DNA of 64,000 nt, from the NCBI RefSeq assembly GCF_006345805.1, contig NC_043001.1, positions 9,424,001 to 9,488,000 on the forward strand. Direction: 5' to 3'. The stretch comes from Octopus sinensis (Eukaryota). A program made the position numbers and the translations under genes. Positions 27,181 through 40,439 of this stretch are shown here, piece after piece (positions within the stretch are counted from its first letter, which is position 1; each line of letters starts with the position of its first letter). The notes beneath the pieces were generated by a model that had not been told where the DNA came from, ran no database searches, and saw only the letters and a list, made by a program, of their open reading frames with translations.

Positions 27181-28398
27181 AGAAAAGACCAATTGATAAC
27201 CGGTGTTGGTCTGTTACGACCCCGTAACTTAGAGTTTCGGCAAAAGAGACAGGTAGAATAAGTACCAAACTTTAAAAGTGGATTTGTTTGACTAGTCTCT
27301 TCAAGGCGCTGCCCCAGTTTGACCGTAGTTCGATGACCGAAACAAATAAAAAGTACAAGGCAAGTTCTCTAAAACTTTGCAAGTCTAGCGGTAGACATTT
27401 TACAATGGAGAAGAAAAATGAAACGGTTTTTATTTTATAAATATTAATGTTAACGTGGCGTAATCGGTAACTGAAACATATAAACCGATAGATTAATTCC
27501 TAAAGCAGTTAGACATGCGCAGAATCACACAGCGTAAACAAGAAATTGTAGATATGGAAGGGCTAGTGTTAAACTGAAAACCAATAGATTTTTTGACAGT
27601 TAAGAAGCTCCTTCTGGCTGTTGATTTGTGGTTGTGAGCATCTAATAAGAATAATTCTTCAGCGTACAACTTAACCGTTGTTATAATGGAAGGTTTTCAG
27701 AGAAACTGTAACTTAATTTGTTTGTCCAATTCAAACCAAGTCGAAATGTTCACACGTACACCGACAACAAGATTAATAACATTGAATATAAAACACACTG
27801 TAGTTTAAATCTCTCGGCCATGCACAGAGTTCAGCACCAGTTCCAGGACAACTAAACATTGACCTTTCCATCGATTTCTTCACCCTGCCCCCAATCGACT
27901 CATAAGGCTGCTATCCTCTAAAATTACTAATTTCGCTTGTCTCTCCGCTTCTTCTTTTCTCCTTCTTCTCCTTCTTCTCCTCTCGCTATTATACCAAATC
28001 TACATACGCTGACTGTTCAAACCGCTATCATAAAACGATGTAACTTGATTGAAAGCAACATTATTTATTAATATATTCTTAATATATCGTTGTATATAGA
28101 AAGGGGGAAAAATACGCTGAGGCTAATATCTTTTCCTACTTCCACAAATTGATAATAAAATATGTTGGAGAGAATGTAACAAGCTTTTACTAAGATCAAT
28201 ACACTGCTGGAACGGTACTTGCATCTTACATACACTCACGTGGGCAAATATATATGTGTGTGCATGTGTGTGCGTGTGCATGTGTGTATGTATGTATATA
28301 TACACACATACATATATATAATGTTTGTATATATATATATGTATATATAAGTCAATATATATATATACAAAAATACATATATAGAATGCTTGTGTGTG

Positions 28399-28446
<48 letters not shown>

Positions 28447-28503
28447 TGTATGTATGTATGTATGTATGTATGTATGTATGCATGCATAACTATTCTCTCT
28501 CTT

Positions 28504-28557
<54 letters not shown>

Positions 28558-28608
28558 AGTGAATATATATATACACAAAAATACATATATAGAATGTTTG
28601 TGTGTATT

Positions 28609-28643
<35 letters not shown>

Positions 28644-28981
28644 GCATAACTCTCTCTCTATATATATACGCACACACATACATACATACATACCCTATCG
28701 TCAGACAGACAGACAGGCATGTATCTGCATGTATATATTTAGGTATTCACTGTTACCTGTTTCCAGTTCATTGTATTGCGGCCATGCTTTGCCACCGCAT
28801 CGGAGAGATTTCTAGGCCAACAAACCGACCCCAAGAGTGATTCAGTCTGGTATTTGTTCGATCGGACCCTTTCTTCTTTTCCTTCTGATATGCTATCCAG
28901 ACCGCTTTTCAAATGCTGCATAAACATAAGAGTGTATGTCCGAGTCTACGCACACACACACACTCACATGTATACACATAT

Positions 28982-29020
<39 letters not shown>

Positions 29021-29029
29021 ATATATATA

Positions 29030-29060
<31 letters not shown>

Positions 29061-29084
29061 GATAGATAGATAGATAGATAGATA

Positions 29085-29570
29085 AGGGAATAATTCATAT
29101 AAAAAAACCAAGACAGTTGGTGTAGACAACAAACAGATGCATTAGTATAATGCTTGGGAAGTGAAAATGTCTTTAATGTTTCGAGCCTATGCTCTTTCAC
29201 AAAAAGGATACAGAAAGAAACAAGGAGAGAAATTGGAGAATGTGTAGTGGCTAGCGATGTATCATGGCGAATGCTGGACAAAAGGATAACACAAGAGAGC
29301 TTGGAAGAAGGGGGATAATAAAGTAGTGGTGATCCCCAAACGAAGGTGCACGTGCGTGTGTGTGTAGGTGTGAAGATGTGGGGCTGGGAAGTGGTTAGTG
29401 CTAGTGTGTGCGTGGTGGTGTGATGTGATGTGTGTGTGGTATGGTGGTGTATGGGGTAATGGTGTGTGGTATGATGGTGTTGGGAGGTGGGGGAGGCGAG
29501 AATGCCGAAAGCAAGGGTGGGATGTGGGTTAGGCTGAGGTTGGGGGTAGTGGTGGGGTATGAGGGTAGGC
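29085..29570 (-). mobile_element. Repeat family B, longer diverged copy with degenerate HHR (29170-29208)
   Basis: Minus strand gagcataggctcgaaacattaaagac followed by the shared family body. Confidence 0.75.
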
Positions 29571-29626
29571 ATATATATTATATATATATATATAATATAT
29601 ACATATACACAAACACGCGCACACAC

Positions 29627-29701
<75 letters not shown>

Positions 29702-29903
29702 ATATATTATATATATATATGTATATACAGGAGCAAACAATTCGCGAGAAAATTATAAATTATCGAAAATTAATTTGCAGATATTATCAATTTTATTATC
29801 ATCTGGAATGATTATTTTTAAAAAAGCGATGATAACAGAATTAATAATATACGCGATCGCAGGCCCAAGAAAAGCATTAAATAGCTGACACATCCCTCAG
29901 CTA

Positions 29904-29947
<44 letters not shown>

Positions 29948-29949
29948 AC

Positions 29950-30144
29950 CGTTAGCTCCTACACGCATTTTTTCTCTTTCCTTGTTTCTCTCCGTGTTTC
30001 TTTTCTGTGTATCTTTCTGTCGAAGAGCGTAGGCTCGAAACGTAAAAGACTTGTTCTATTTCTATTCCTGAGCGCCATACTAATACATTTGCTTGTTTGT
30101 ACTCCACCTGCCTTCGTCTTTTGTTTATTTTCGTAAACCTTCCA

Positions 30145-30146
<2 letters not shown>
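29950..30146 (+). mobile_element. Repeat family B, embedded in (TA)n
   Basis: Best-preserved copy; (TA)n on both sides. Confidence 0.88.
30012..30049 (+). ncRNA. Minimal type-I hammerhead ribozyme motif, variant core
   Basis: tcttt-CTGTCGA-a-GAGC-gtag-GCTC-GAAA-cg-TA-aaaga: 5-bp stem I, 4-bp stem II, palindromic ACGT stem III, predicted GUA site at 30044. Confidence 0.7.
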
Positions 30147-30181
<35 letters not shown>

Positions 30182-30439
30182 TCGATGAATACATACATAC
30201 ATATTGTTTGATGTACACAATATACAGTTTATGAGCTACTAATAGTTTCATAAAAGACGCCATGTGGCTCCAAGAAATCCTGAGGCTCTGAGATCGTGAC
30301 CTATAAGAGTTACAGATCAGGGCAGTAGGGCAAAAGAAATTATGATAAAATACGAAATAAAGGTGGATGCACAGAGAGGAGGAGAGAAAAGCGAACGGGA
30401 AAAGGAATAAGAGAATTAGAGTTATGTCCCCTTTTTTCT

Positions 30440-30620
30440 GTAAAACCAACAGCTCGAAAACACAAAGAAAGAGTTCCAGGTATGATTAATGAATGGAATC
30501 GACGCTAGATAAAGTGTGTGACATCAGGAGGCTACTTCGATGAAAGTCAATGCCGAATTGATTTGTGTTGTAGTTCTCTCTTTATAGCAGCAGTTCTGAT
30601 ACATTTTGATCAGATCTCGC
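30440..30620 (+). mobile_element. Mariner 3' end remnant with TIR-like terminus
   Basis: WNRR*IKCVTSGGYFDE resembles the mariner C-terminal W..RW.KC...G.YFE motif. Confidence 0.55.
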
Positions 30621-30635
30621 ATTCACATCTTTGTT

Positions 30636-31008
30636 CATGGCACTTCGTCGGTTACGACGATGAGGGTTCCGGTTGATCCGATCAACGGAACAGTCTGCTC
30701 GTGAAATTAACGTGCATGTGACTGAGCAATTCACAGACACGTATACTCTTGACGTATTTCTCGGGGATATTCAGCATGACACAGAGAGTGACAAGGCTGG
30801 TCCTTTGAAATACAGGTACAACAGAAACAGGAAGAAAGAGTGAGAGAAAGTTGTGGTGAAAGAGTACAGCAGGGTCCATCACCACCCGCTGCCGGAGCCT
30901 CGTGAAGCTTCAGTCGTTTTTGCTAAATAAACACTCACAACGCCCGGTCTGAGGATCGAAACCGCGATCCTACGATCGCGAGCCCGCTGCCCTAACCACT
31001 GGGCCATT
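30636..31008 (-). mobile_element. SINE family 3
   Basis: Homologous to 24176-24537. Confidence 0.88.
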
Positions 31009-32267
31009 CATCTATATTACAACACATACAACTAGTTACCAATGTTACAGCAATCCCAGAAACTCACCCGGTGTACGTTGATGGCGACCAGAAACTTACC
31101 CGGCATACGATGATGGCGACCGCTTTGAAATTGGTTAACGGACAAAAGTTGAAAGGGTGGTGGTTCAAACCTAAGCAAATTCTATGTGGAATGGTAGGTG
31201 AGTGAGCAGCCCCAAGATGTTTAATTTCAAAGCTGGATATATTGAATCTAAATCCTGCAACAATCAACTTTATATCTCATAAAATTGCGTGTCCGGAAAA
31301 TTCACCGTGAGAAATTTTGCCTTATAGGATAACTCACCGTTAGACAAAGTCACCATATCAACTATGATAAAACGCATTATGTGAGCTTTATGTTTAAAAA
31401 AATGGTTTTATAAAAGCATTAAATAGACAAGTCTTTGTTCAACATCAAACATTAAAAAGATTAAAAAACGCGTTGACGAAATTTCTGACGGCGAATTTTC
31501 CTACGGCAAAATTGTTTATGGCGAAATTTACTAAAATCGTTGCTGTGGGCGGAGGGGGGCGTTTGTCGTTTTGTTTAGCTCCATCTGAAGCCTTATGAGA
31601 CCTACAATAAAAAACGTTCCAGTCGTGACTTTCACGTCTAATTTATATTGGTCTGCAATATTGCATTTGTTTGGACAACTTTTTAAGACAGTACGGTGTG
31701 AATTGAAAAGATTAAGCGTCTATTTTTACCAAGTTGAATACATTATGAACCTTTTTAACATCTCATATCTGTGTCGCTTCAGAAGTATTCCAACCATGAC
31801 CAACTAGTCTTACTCGGCGTATCTTGGACTACATTATCCAATGTGTACTTTTTATATTTAACATGGAAATCTTTGTTTATATTTTGAACGAGATTCAACT
31901 GCTCTTTCCAGCAGGCCATGTGATTAGGTAGAATCTACCTCATTAACGCATACCTGTCATGTAACCGAAGTGAAATCACTTACCTATGGCAACCCTTAAT
32001 CAGACCTTGGCTTCTGCCAACGGAAGAAATACCAATTATATTTAATTTCCACTAATTACAATTGACATACTGACGTTTGCTCATTTGCATTAACACATAT
32101 TCCAACATTCCAACCTAATTAATAACATAGCTTCGCAGCCTGGCTTATGAATAAATAAATATAGGAGTTCATGATATTATTAGGTATTTAAACTGACTGG
32201 GAAATTAACCCCACGAGGGCCAGTTTGGTCCTTAGGAAGTTGAACTATTCAAATCTATTGTTATCTT

Positions 32268-32722
32268 TTTATCTTTTACTTGTTTCGGTTGTTGGAGTAC
32301 GGCCTTGCTGGAGCACCACTTTGAAAATTTTATTCGAGAATATATACTCACAATACATATATCTTTAAGTTTTGTACTTATTCTGTCGGATAATTTTGCC
32401 GAACCCCTAAGTTACGGAGGCGCAAACAAACCAGCGACAGTAGGTATCAAATATCAAAAACGTGCATGCACACACGAACACACACACACACACACACACA
32501 TACACACATACATACATACATACATACATATAAACATATAAATACATATATATATACATGCGTACATGCGACGGGCTTCTTTCAGTTTCTGATCACCAAA
32601 CCTACTGCCAATGCTTTGGTTGGCCCGGTGTTGTAGTAGAAGGCACGAGCCCAAGGTGCCGCACAGTGGAGCTGAACCGAAGACCACATGGCTGGGAAGC
32701 AAGCTTCTTAAAGACACGGCCA
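32268..32722 (-). mobile_element. SINE family 2, diverged
   Basis: Reverse-complement head near 32720; tail ttttacttgtttc at ~32274. Confidence 0.82.
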
Positions 32723-32931
32723 TACCTACGCCTAGTGCTTAAGAATTCGTCATATATGTATGACATGGTTTTCCGTCGGTTTCGACGACAACTGTTTAGT
32801 TGTCGGATCTAAACCTGCAGCTCATTGAATAGGTGTGCAAGTGGGTGAGTGCCTCTCTAGCACTACCTCGGGCTGAGACAGCATGATACAGAGTGAGGCC
32901 AGGGTGTGCATTTGAATTACAGGAACAATTA

Positions 32932-33186
32932 TGTGTGTGCGTGTGTGTGTGTGAGTGTGTGTGTGTGTGAGTGTGTGTGTGTGTTTGTGTGTCTGTGTTT
33001 GTCCCCCCGACATCGCTTGAGAACCGATGATGGTGTGTTTACGTCCCCGTAACTTAGCGGTTCGGCAAAAGAGACCGATAGAATAAGTAGTAGGCTTACA
33101 ATGAATAAGCCCTCGGGTCGATTTGCTCGACTAAAGGTGGTGCTCCAGCATGGCCGCAGTCAAATGACTGAAACAAGTAAAAGAGT
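32932..33186 (+). mobile_element. SINE family 2, 3' half
   Basis: (TG)n followed by the canonical tail. Confidence 0.85.
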
Positions 33187-33789
33187 AGATATATATATAT
33201 ATATATTTATATATAGGAAATTGTGGCACATCAAGTCACCAATGTTTGCTGGAAATAGCAGTCGATAAACGTACGAAAGCTTCACTGAATGTATAGACGC
33301 AAAAAATGTGTGCGGACGGTGACCATAAAAAATGTTCGCCTTACCTCTAAGAAGAACGCCATATAAACCGACAACCTAGAATGGACAACTTAGTTCTCGA
33401 GTTTCGGACTTTACGGCATAGGTTTGTTATTGTAAATTTGATTCGTCTTCTCCAGCTAGGTTCACCTAAGACGAAATTTGAAATACCCGCAACATCAATG
33501 CCAGTATATTCGGCTTCGGCTAATAGGCCTAACCATAAACAGAAAATCAGTGAAAAAGTTTTACATAAAAACCATAAATTTTATTGCAATACACTTGTAT
33601 TATTTTCCAATTCAATAAAGCGCCTTAAAGGTAGAATTATAGATAGAAAACAGTGGCACAACAAGGCAGCAATGTTTGCTGGAAATAGCAGTTGATAACC
33701 GTACAACGGTATGCAAAGCTTTACTGAATGTATACACACACACACACAAACATATAAATATATTGGACATGGAACACTGAACTCAACCC

Positions 33790-33945
33790 GTTTTTTCTCT
33801 ATTTCCTCGTATTCCTTTCTGCCGAAGAGCATAGGCTCGAAACCTAAAAAACGTTTCCATTTGTCCCGAACGTCAAACTAATACACTTGCTTGTTGTTCC
33901 TACATCTGTCTTCGTCTTTTGTTTTCCTATAAACTTTAGCTATAT
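33790..33945 (+). mobile_element. Repeat family B with HHR motif (33815-33850)
   Basis: ttt-CTGCCGA-a-GAGC-atag-GCTC-GAAA-cc-TA-aaa; ends in a TA repeat. Confidence 0.8.
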
Positions 33946-33955
33946 ATGTATATAT

Positions 33956-34180
33956 ACACGAGAGGGTGTTGAAAAGTTCTTGGTTTTAAGGGGCTCTCGA
34001 AAGGCCTGGTTGGAGGCCCGTGCTTCACAGTTAATTTTACCGGACTTAGAAATAGTGATGGACTGCTGCAATAAGTGTGTGAATCTGAGAGGGGAATATA
34101 TTAAATCAAATCACAATTGACTGATTCTCTTCTATTTTCTCCTTCCCACAGCCAGGCACATTTCAACACCACCTGGCATA
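33956..34180 (+). mobile_element. Internally deleted mariner (MITE-like)
   Basis: Imperfect TIRs ggtgttgaaaagttcttgg / ccaggcacatttcaacacc; interior encodes KCVNLRGEYI, the transposase C-terminus. Confidence 0.7.
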
Positions 34181-34198
34181 CACACATACAACACACAC

Positions 34199-34256
<58 letters not shown>

Positions 34257-34302
34257 GCATACATATATACGTACCACACACAACACACACATGGACACAC
34301 AT

Positions 34303-34705
34303 AGGCGTATTAATGGCTGTGTGGTAAGTAGCTTGCTTACCAACCACATGGTTCCGGGTTTAGCCCCACTGCGTGGCACCGTGGGCAAATATCTTCTACT
34401 ATAGCCTCGGGACAACCAAAGCTTTATGCGTTGATTAGGTAGACGGAAACTGAAAGAAGCCCATCGTATATATGTGTGTGTGTGTGTGCGTGTGTTTGTG
34501 TGTTTGTCCCCCCAACATCGCTTCACCACCGATGCTGGTGTGTTTACGACACCGTAACATAGGGGTTCGGCAATAGAGACCGATAGAATAAGTACTAGGC
34601 TTACAAAAGAATAAGTCCTGTGGTCGATATGTTCGACTAAATGCGGTGCTCCAGCATGGCCGCAGTCACGTGACTGGAACGAATAAACGAATAAAAAGAA
34701 TAAAC
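34303..34705 (+). mobile_element. SINE family 2, full length
   Basis: Canonical head, CORE-like segment and tail. Confidence 0.9.
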
Positions 34706-34795
34706 GAACATACATACATACATATATATATATGTATGTATGTATTTATGTATATATATATATGTAATGTATAATATATATATGTATGATGTCTT

Positions 34796-34837
<42 letters not shown>

Positions 34838-35399
34838 CGTATATGTATATGTATATGTATGTTTATATATATATATATATATTATATATATTATATATAT
34901 ATATATAGATATATATATATATATATAGATCTATATATATATATACATACATATATACACATATATACCCATATATATGATATAATCTAATTTAATATAA
35001 TATGTATGTATGTCTGTATATGCACGTGCTTCTGTCCGTATGCATATATGCATCGCCGTATGCATACAAAGGCCGTCCGCTTAATCTCGCGAACATCTCA
35101 CCGATAACCAGAATTCCTACTTTCGCCTAACCTCCAGCTATTTTCGGATGTTAGCTTTTGCACTAATCATTCTGCATTATCTTGTCTGTCCATTAAACTG
35201 ATCATTCATTCACTGTTTCCTTCCAATTATAAATGCGGACTACTTTTATTTCTATTTTAGTTCGCGATGTGGAATAAAGACCTCGAATTTATAGGATGAG
35301 GCGCCGTAACATGAAGCCTTTCTCAACGAATATTGTCAAGGCTGGTGAAAGGGAATGACCCCTTTTAGTGTATGAGAGGCTGGGACGCAGTATCCTTTT

Positions 35400-35790
35400 A
35401 TTTTTATCGTTTAATTTTTGGTTGGTTCAATCATAAGACTGCGGCCATGCTGGGGCACCACCGTGAGTAGTTTTTTAATAGAATGAATCGACCCTCGCAT
35501 TTTATCTGGTTCTTTTGCCGAACCACTAAGTTCCGGTGATTTAAACAAACCACTTCCGCTCGTCAAGTGATAGTAGGAGGCAATCACAAACACAACGGCA
35601 CACACTCACACAAATATGAATATTTACGACGGGCTTCTTTCAGTTTCCGTCTACTAAGTCTACTCACAAGACTTTGGTCAGACCGAGGCTATAGTAGAAG
35701 ACACTTGCCCAATGTGCCTCGCAGTGCCACTAAATCTAGTATCATGTGGTTGAGAAACAATCTCCTCACCACATATCTACGTCTGCACCT
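35400..35790 (-). mobile_element. SINE family 2, diverged
   Basis: gactgcggccatgctggggcacc...gacgggcttctttcagtttccgtctac. Confidence 0.85.
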
Positions 35791-36447
35791 ATTCCTTTGC
35801 TGCATCGGCCGAGAACATTTAATAAACATTTTTCACTACGTCATATGTAAGTCTTGTTTGCAGGCCACAGAACCAAGAAGAAAAAACAATTATAATCGAA
35901 TTAGAAATGTGAGGTTTCCCACAAAAATTTTTTGGCAAATACGTTGTTCCCTTTCTGTTGCGGCTCAGAATTCCAGCCTTCCCTTTAGTGATTGAGATTT
36001 TGTGCAAGAATGCTTAGATTCTTCGAGAAATACGACGCCATTGTGTAAGACTTGTGATCAGACTTTTCCAGGGTGACCAGCCAGTCTTTTTATAACTATC
36101 CAGAACAGGCTACTTTGCTTTATGTGTCTAATTTCTTTTAAGACAACAAGGTGGTATTGGGGACGGAATTGCCTCTATATCTAGCACGTTGAGTACCCAC
36201 GAAAAAGTACCGCAATTGTTTCAAATGTTAGATACCAAGTCCACAGTGCAATTTCACTAGAGTAATGTCTAAAACCGTCACCGATTTTCTTTTTATCTTT
36301 ATATCGTAAGCAGTAACGTAAGCGGGAGCAATGAGAGTGGCACTTGTAGCTTTGTATAGATAAGGGACGGCAAACTGAAGGATTGTTCCAAGCGACACAT
36401 ATAATAGTAACGTAACTTATGTAGGGTAGCACTATTTTACATATATC

Positions 36448-37033
36448 CTTTTTACTCTAGGCACAAGGCCCGAAATTTGTGGGTGAGGGAGCCAGTCGAT
36501 TAGATCGACTCCAGTACACAACTGGTACTTAATTTATCGACCCCGACCCCGAAAGGATAAAAAGCAAATTCGACCTCGGCGGAATTTGAATTCAGAACGT
36601 AACAGCAGATGAAATACCTATTTCTTTACTACCCACAAGGGGCTAAACACAGAGAGAGCAAACAAGGACAGCTAAACGGATTAAGTCGATAACATCGACC
36701 CCAGTGCGTAACTGGTATTTATTTAATCGACCCCGAAAGGATGAAAGGAAAATTCGACCTCGGCGGAATTTGAACTCAGAACGTAGCGGCAGACGAAATA
36801 CCAATTTCTTTATTGCCCAGAAGTGGCTAAACAAAGAGGGGACAAACAAGGACGGACAGAGGGATTAAGTCGATTACATCGACCCCAGTGCGTAACTAGT
36901 ACTTAATTTATCGTCCCCGAAAGGATGAAAAGCAAAGTCGACCCCGGCGGAATTTGAACTCAGAACGTAACGGCAGGCGAAATACTGGTAAGCAATTCGC
37001 CCGGCGTGCTAACGTTTCTGCCAGCTCACCGCC
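36448..37033 (-). mobile_element. SINE family 1 trimer with 17-bp TSD
   Basis: actattttacatatatc at 36431-36447 and 37034-37050; one head, three bodies. Confidence 0.93.
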
Positions 37034-37121
37034 ACTATTTTACATATATCAATTAAGAAATATCTGTATCTGTCTTTCACAATCAAGTTTGGTCTGATAG
37101 TTTGCTCTACGATCATTGCTT

Positions 37122-37375
37122 TAGGCGAAGATGTGACTGTGTGGTAATAAGCTGGCTTCCCAACCATATGACTCCGGGTTCGATACCGCTGAATGGTATC
37201 TTTCGCTGTGTGAGTGTATTTACGTCCCTGGAACTTAGCGGTCGGACAGAAGAGACCGAATTATTACCAGGCTTGAGAAAAGAAAATAAATACTGGAGTT
37301 CATTCATTCAACAAAACGTTCTTCAAGGCTGTGCTGCAGCATGGCCGCAGTCCAATTACTGAAACAAGTAAAACG
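37122..37375 (+). mobile_element. SINE family 2, internally deleted
   Basis: Head joined directly to the tail. Confidence 0.75.
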
Positions 37376-37654
37376 TAAATAGTATATAGTCAAAGACAAT
37401 TGTACTTCGGCAATCCTGAGTAGAAGGACATCCAGAACGTGACAACTAGAAAGAGAGAGGCGAAGATGTGCGTTATCACCGTGGCTGGTATTCATTTTTA
37501 AGTTGTTTCATTGAAAAAACGCCTTATTCACGGGCACAACGCCTCCTCAAATTGTACCCTTATTATCTATGAGCTTTTGCCCATCAATCAGAACCCTAGA
37601 TCACTCTACCCCCACAAACTGGTAATGCTGTGATAATGGTAAGCATACTATTGC

Positions 37655-38012
37655 CAAGGATCAAACTGCTCGGCATAGGGCTAAAGACCGCCCCCTTCAT
37701 TCATGAATGACCATGGGATTGCACCCAGAAAGTTTCCCCACGAGGCACATGTCCGGGCAAAGTTGTTTAAGGAAGACCAGTAATCTCCCAAGCATAACGC
37801 CCTCCGCTCTCCAAGCCACCGATGTTATCCAAGGGAAAAGCAAAGGGGCCGATACAGCTTGGCACCAGTTACCTTGCAACTCATTTCTGCAGCTGAAGGA
37901 AGAGGAACAACGTGAAATAAAAAGCCTTGCTAAAGAACACGGCACAAAGCCCGCTTCCGGAACTGAACTCACTACCGCATAACTGAGAGCCCAGCGCTCT
38001 AACCACTTAACC
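37655..38012 (-). mobile_element. SINE family 4 (tRNA-derived)
   Basis: Minus strand tggttaagtggttagagcgctgggc...gagttcagttcc...gtgttctttagcaaggc. Confidence 0.7.
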
Positions 38013-38256
38013 AAATACAATTTCGTATTTTTTATTTTCTTTTTAAATTTTTTTTGTTTTGTTTTGATCCACAAATCTGTTTGTATTTCAATGTCTTCTT
38101 CTTTCAATAACTAACCACCTTAAACAAACAATCGTATCAAGTGTTTGTGGCGAAAGTGACAATATTCTTTGGTTTCAAACGGATTTAACAACCAGTGCTG
38201 TCATCAATTTGGTTTTGGTGTTAAATGTTTCATTCGAGTCCTGAACCAAAAAGATA

Positions 38257-38264
<8 letters not shown>

Positions 38265-38287
<23 letters not shown>

Positions 38288-38392
38288 ATAATAATAATAA
38301 TGATAATAATAATGATAATAATGATAATAATAACTGATAATAATAATAATAACAATGATAATAATAATAATAAAAATAATGATAATAATAAT

Positions 38393-38439
<47 letters not shown>

Positions 38440-38514
38440 CAATAATAATACTAATAATAACAATAACAATAATAATAATAATAATAATAATATAATAATA
38501 ATAATAATATAATG

Positions 38515-38551
<37 letters not shown>

Positions 38552-38593
38552 TAACAATAATAATAATAATAAAATAATAATAATAATATAATG

Positions 38594-38635
<42 letters not shown>

Positions 38636-38699
38636 TAATAATGATAATGATATAATAATAATAATAATAATATAATAATAATATAATAATATAATAATA

Positions 38700-38743
<44 letters not shown>

Positions 38744-38806
38744 TAATAATAATAATAATGATAATGATAATAATATAATAATAATAATAATAATAATAAC
38801 AATAAC

Positions 38807-38868
<62 letters not shown>

Positions 38869-38870
38869 CA
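38265..38870. repeat. (AAT)n microsatellite, ~600 bp
   Basis: Direct inspection. Confidence 0.98.
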
Positions 38871-39199
38871 AAAGCACTGAATAATTGTAAAGAATATACA
38901 AATTCTTTGTCTATTTCTCTTTCACTATGTACGTGTATATCTTTGTAATTTTTTTATTTCAATGATTTTTATTGACTTTCTTTTTTGCATTTTTGTTAGG
39001 GTGTTTTCTTGTTTTTTTCTTCCTTTCTCAGTCTCCGCCATCTTTGTAAATGTCAAATATGTCAAACAAGATTGTAAAAAACAAAAAAACATAGAAATGT
39101 AATAATATTAATAACGTAAAAGTTTCGATAACCTAAAGGCTGTGTTATTTCATAAATGTATTAGATTTGTTTGTTTGGTTTTCTTGTGTTTTTTGCTTG

Positions 39200-39239
<40 letters not shown>

Positions 39240-39319
39240 ACTTCAGACATCTTCCTTTCATTAGATGTCATCAGTTAGATCATTAACGAAAATATTCTTG
39301 CGTTAGACTTCATGAGGTT

Positions 39320-39419
39320 AACGATGGTGGTGGTGGTGGTGATGGTGGTGGTGGTGATGATGATGATGATCGCGACGACGACGACGACGACTATGATGAT
39401 GATAATGACGATGATGGTG

Positions 39420-39451
<32 letters not shown>

Positions 39452-39890
39452 AATGGAGGTGGTTGTGCTGGTCGCCGTCGTCGTCATGATGATGATAGTG
39501 GTGGTGATGATGATAATGTTGATGATGATCGCGACGACGACGACGACTATGATGATGATGATGATGATGATGATGGCGGTGGTGGTGGTGGTGATGGTGA
39601 TGATGATGATGGTAATGGTGGTAGTGGTGGTGACGATGATGATCGTGACGACGACGACTATGATGATAATGATGATGATGATGATGAGGAGGAGGAGGAG
39701 GAGGGTGATGAGGATGATGATGATGACGATGACGATGATGATGATGACGATGGTGGTGGTGATCATGATGGTGGTGATGATGGTGATGATGATTGCGGTG
39801 GGGATGCATATTGGTAGTGATGCCAGTGATAGTGATGATGAGGAGGAGGCGGATGATGAGGAAGCGGAGGATAACGATGACGATGGTTCT
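39320..39890. repeat. (GAT/GGT/GAC)n compound trinucleotide repeat with higher-order subunits
   Basis: gatcgcgacgacgacgac(gac)tatgatgat recurs about three times. Confidence 0.95.
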
Positions 39891-40151
39891 TGTTCTGAAT
39901 GGTAGTCTTAGTCGTACTGACGGTGCAGCTGTTGTTGTTGTTGCCGATATTGTTGCCCTGTTCCCTATTATTTGTCTCCTCTTATATTAGCCACGGTGAT
40001 ATTTCAGCCGTTTGCAATGCAGGTAAGCTAGTAGAGTGCAGTGCGTACTTTAATCATTTAGCTTTAACCACCTAGTTTCGCGGTTCGATTTCACCTGGGA
40101 ACAGCTTTATCTCGTCTCCTTCCGGGTCAGATGAAATATGAATTTCGTAAA

Positions 40152-40171
40152 TAGCTAGCTAGCTAGCTAGC

Positions 40172-40260
<89 letters not shown>

Positions 40261-40378
40261 GCATGCATGCATGCATACATACATACATACATACATACAT
40301 ACATACATACATACACATACATACATACATACATACATACATACATACATAGATAGATAGATAGATAGATAGAGATAG

Positions 40379-40414
<36 letters not shown>

Positions 40415-40420
40415 CAAACA
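40152..40420. repeat. (GCTA)n/(GATA)n/(CATA)n tetranucleotide tract
   Basis: Direct inspection. Confidence 0.97.
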
Positions 40421-40439
40421 GATAAATTTCTTTATAGGC

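Noticed and set aside
31286-31540. Possible MITE with ggc(g/a)aaatt subterminal repeats (similar pieces near 10500 and 11570)
   Set aside because: Ends and TSD could not be defined.
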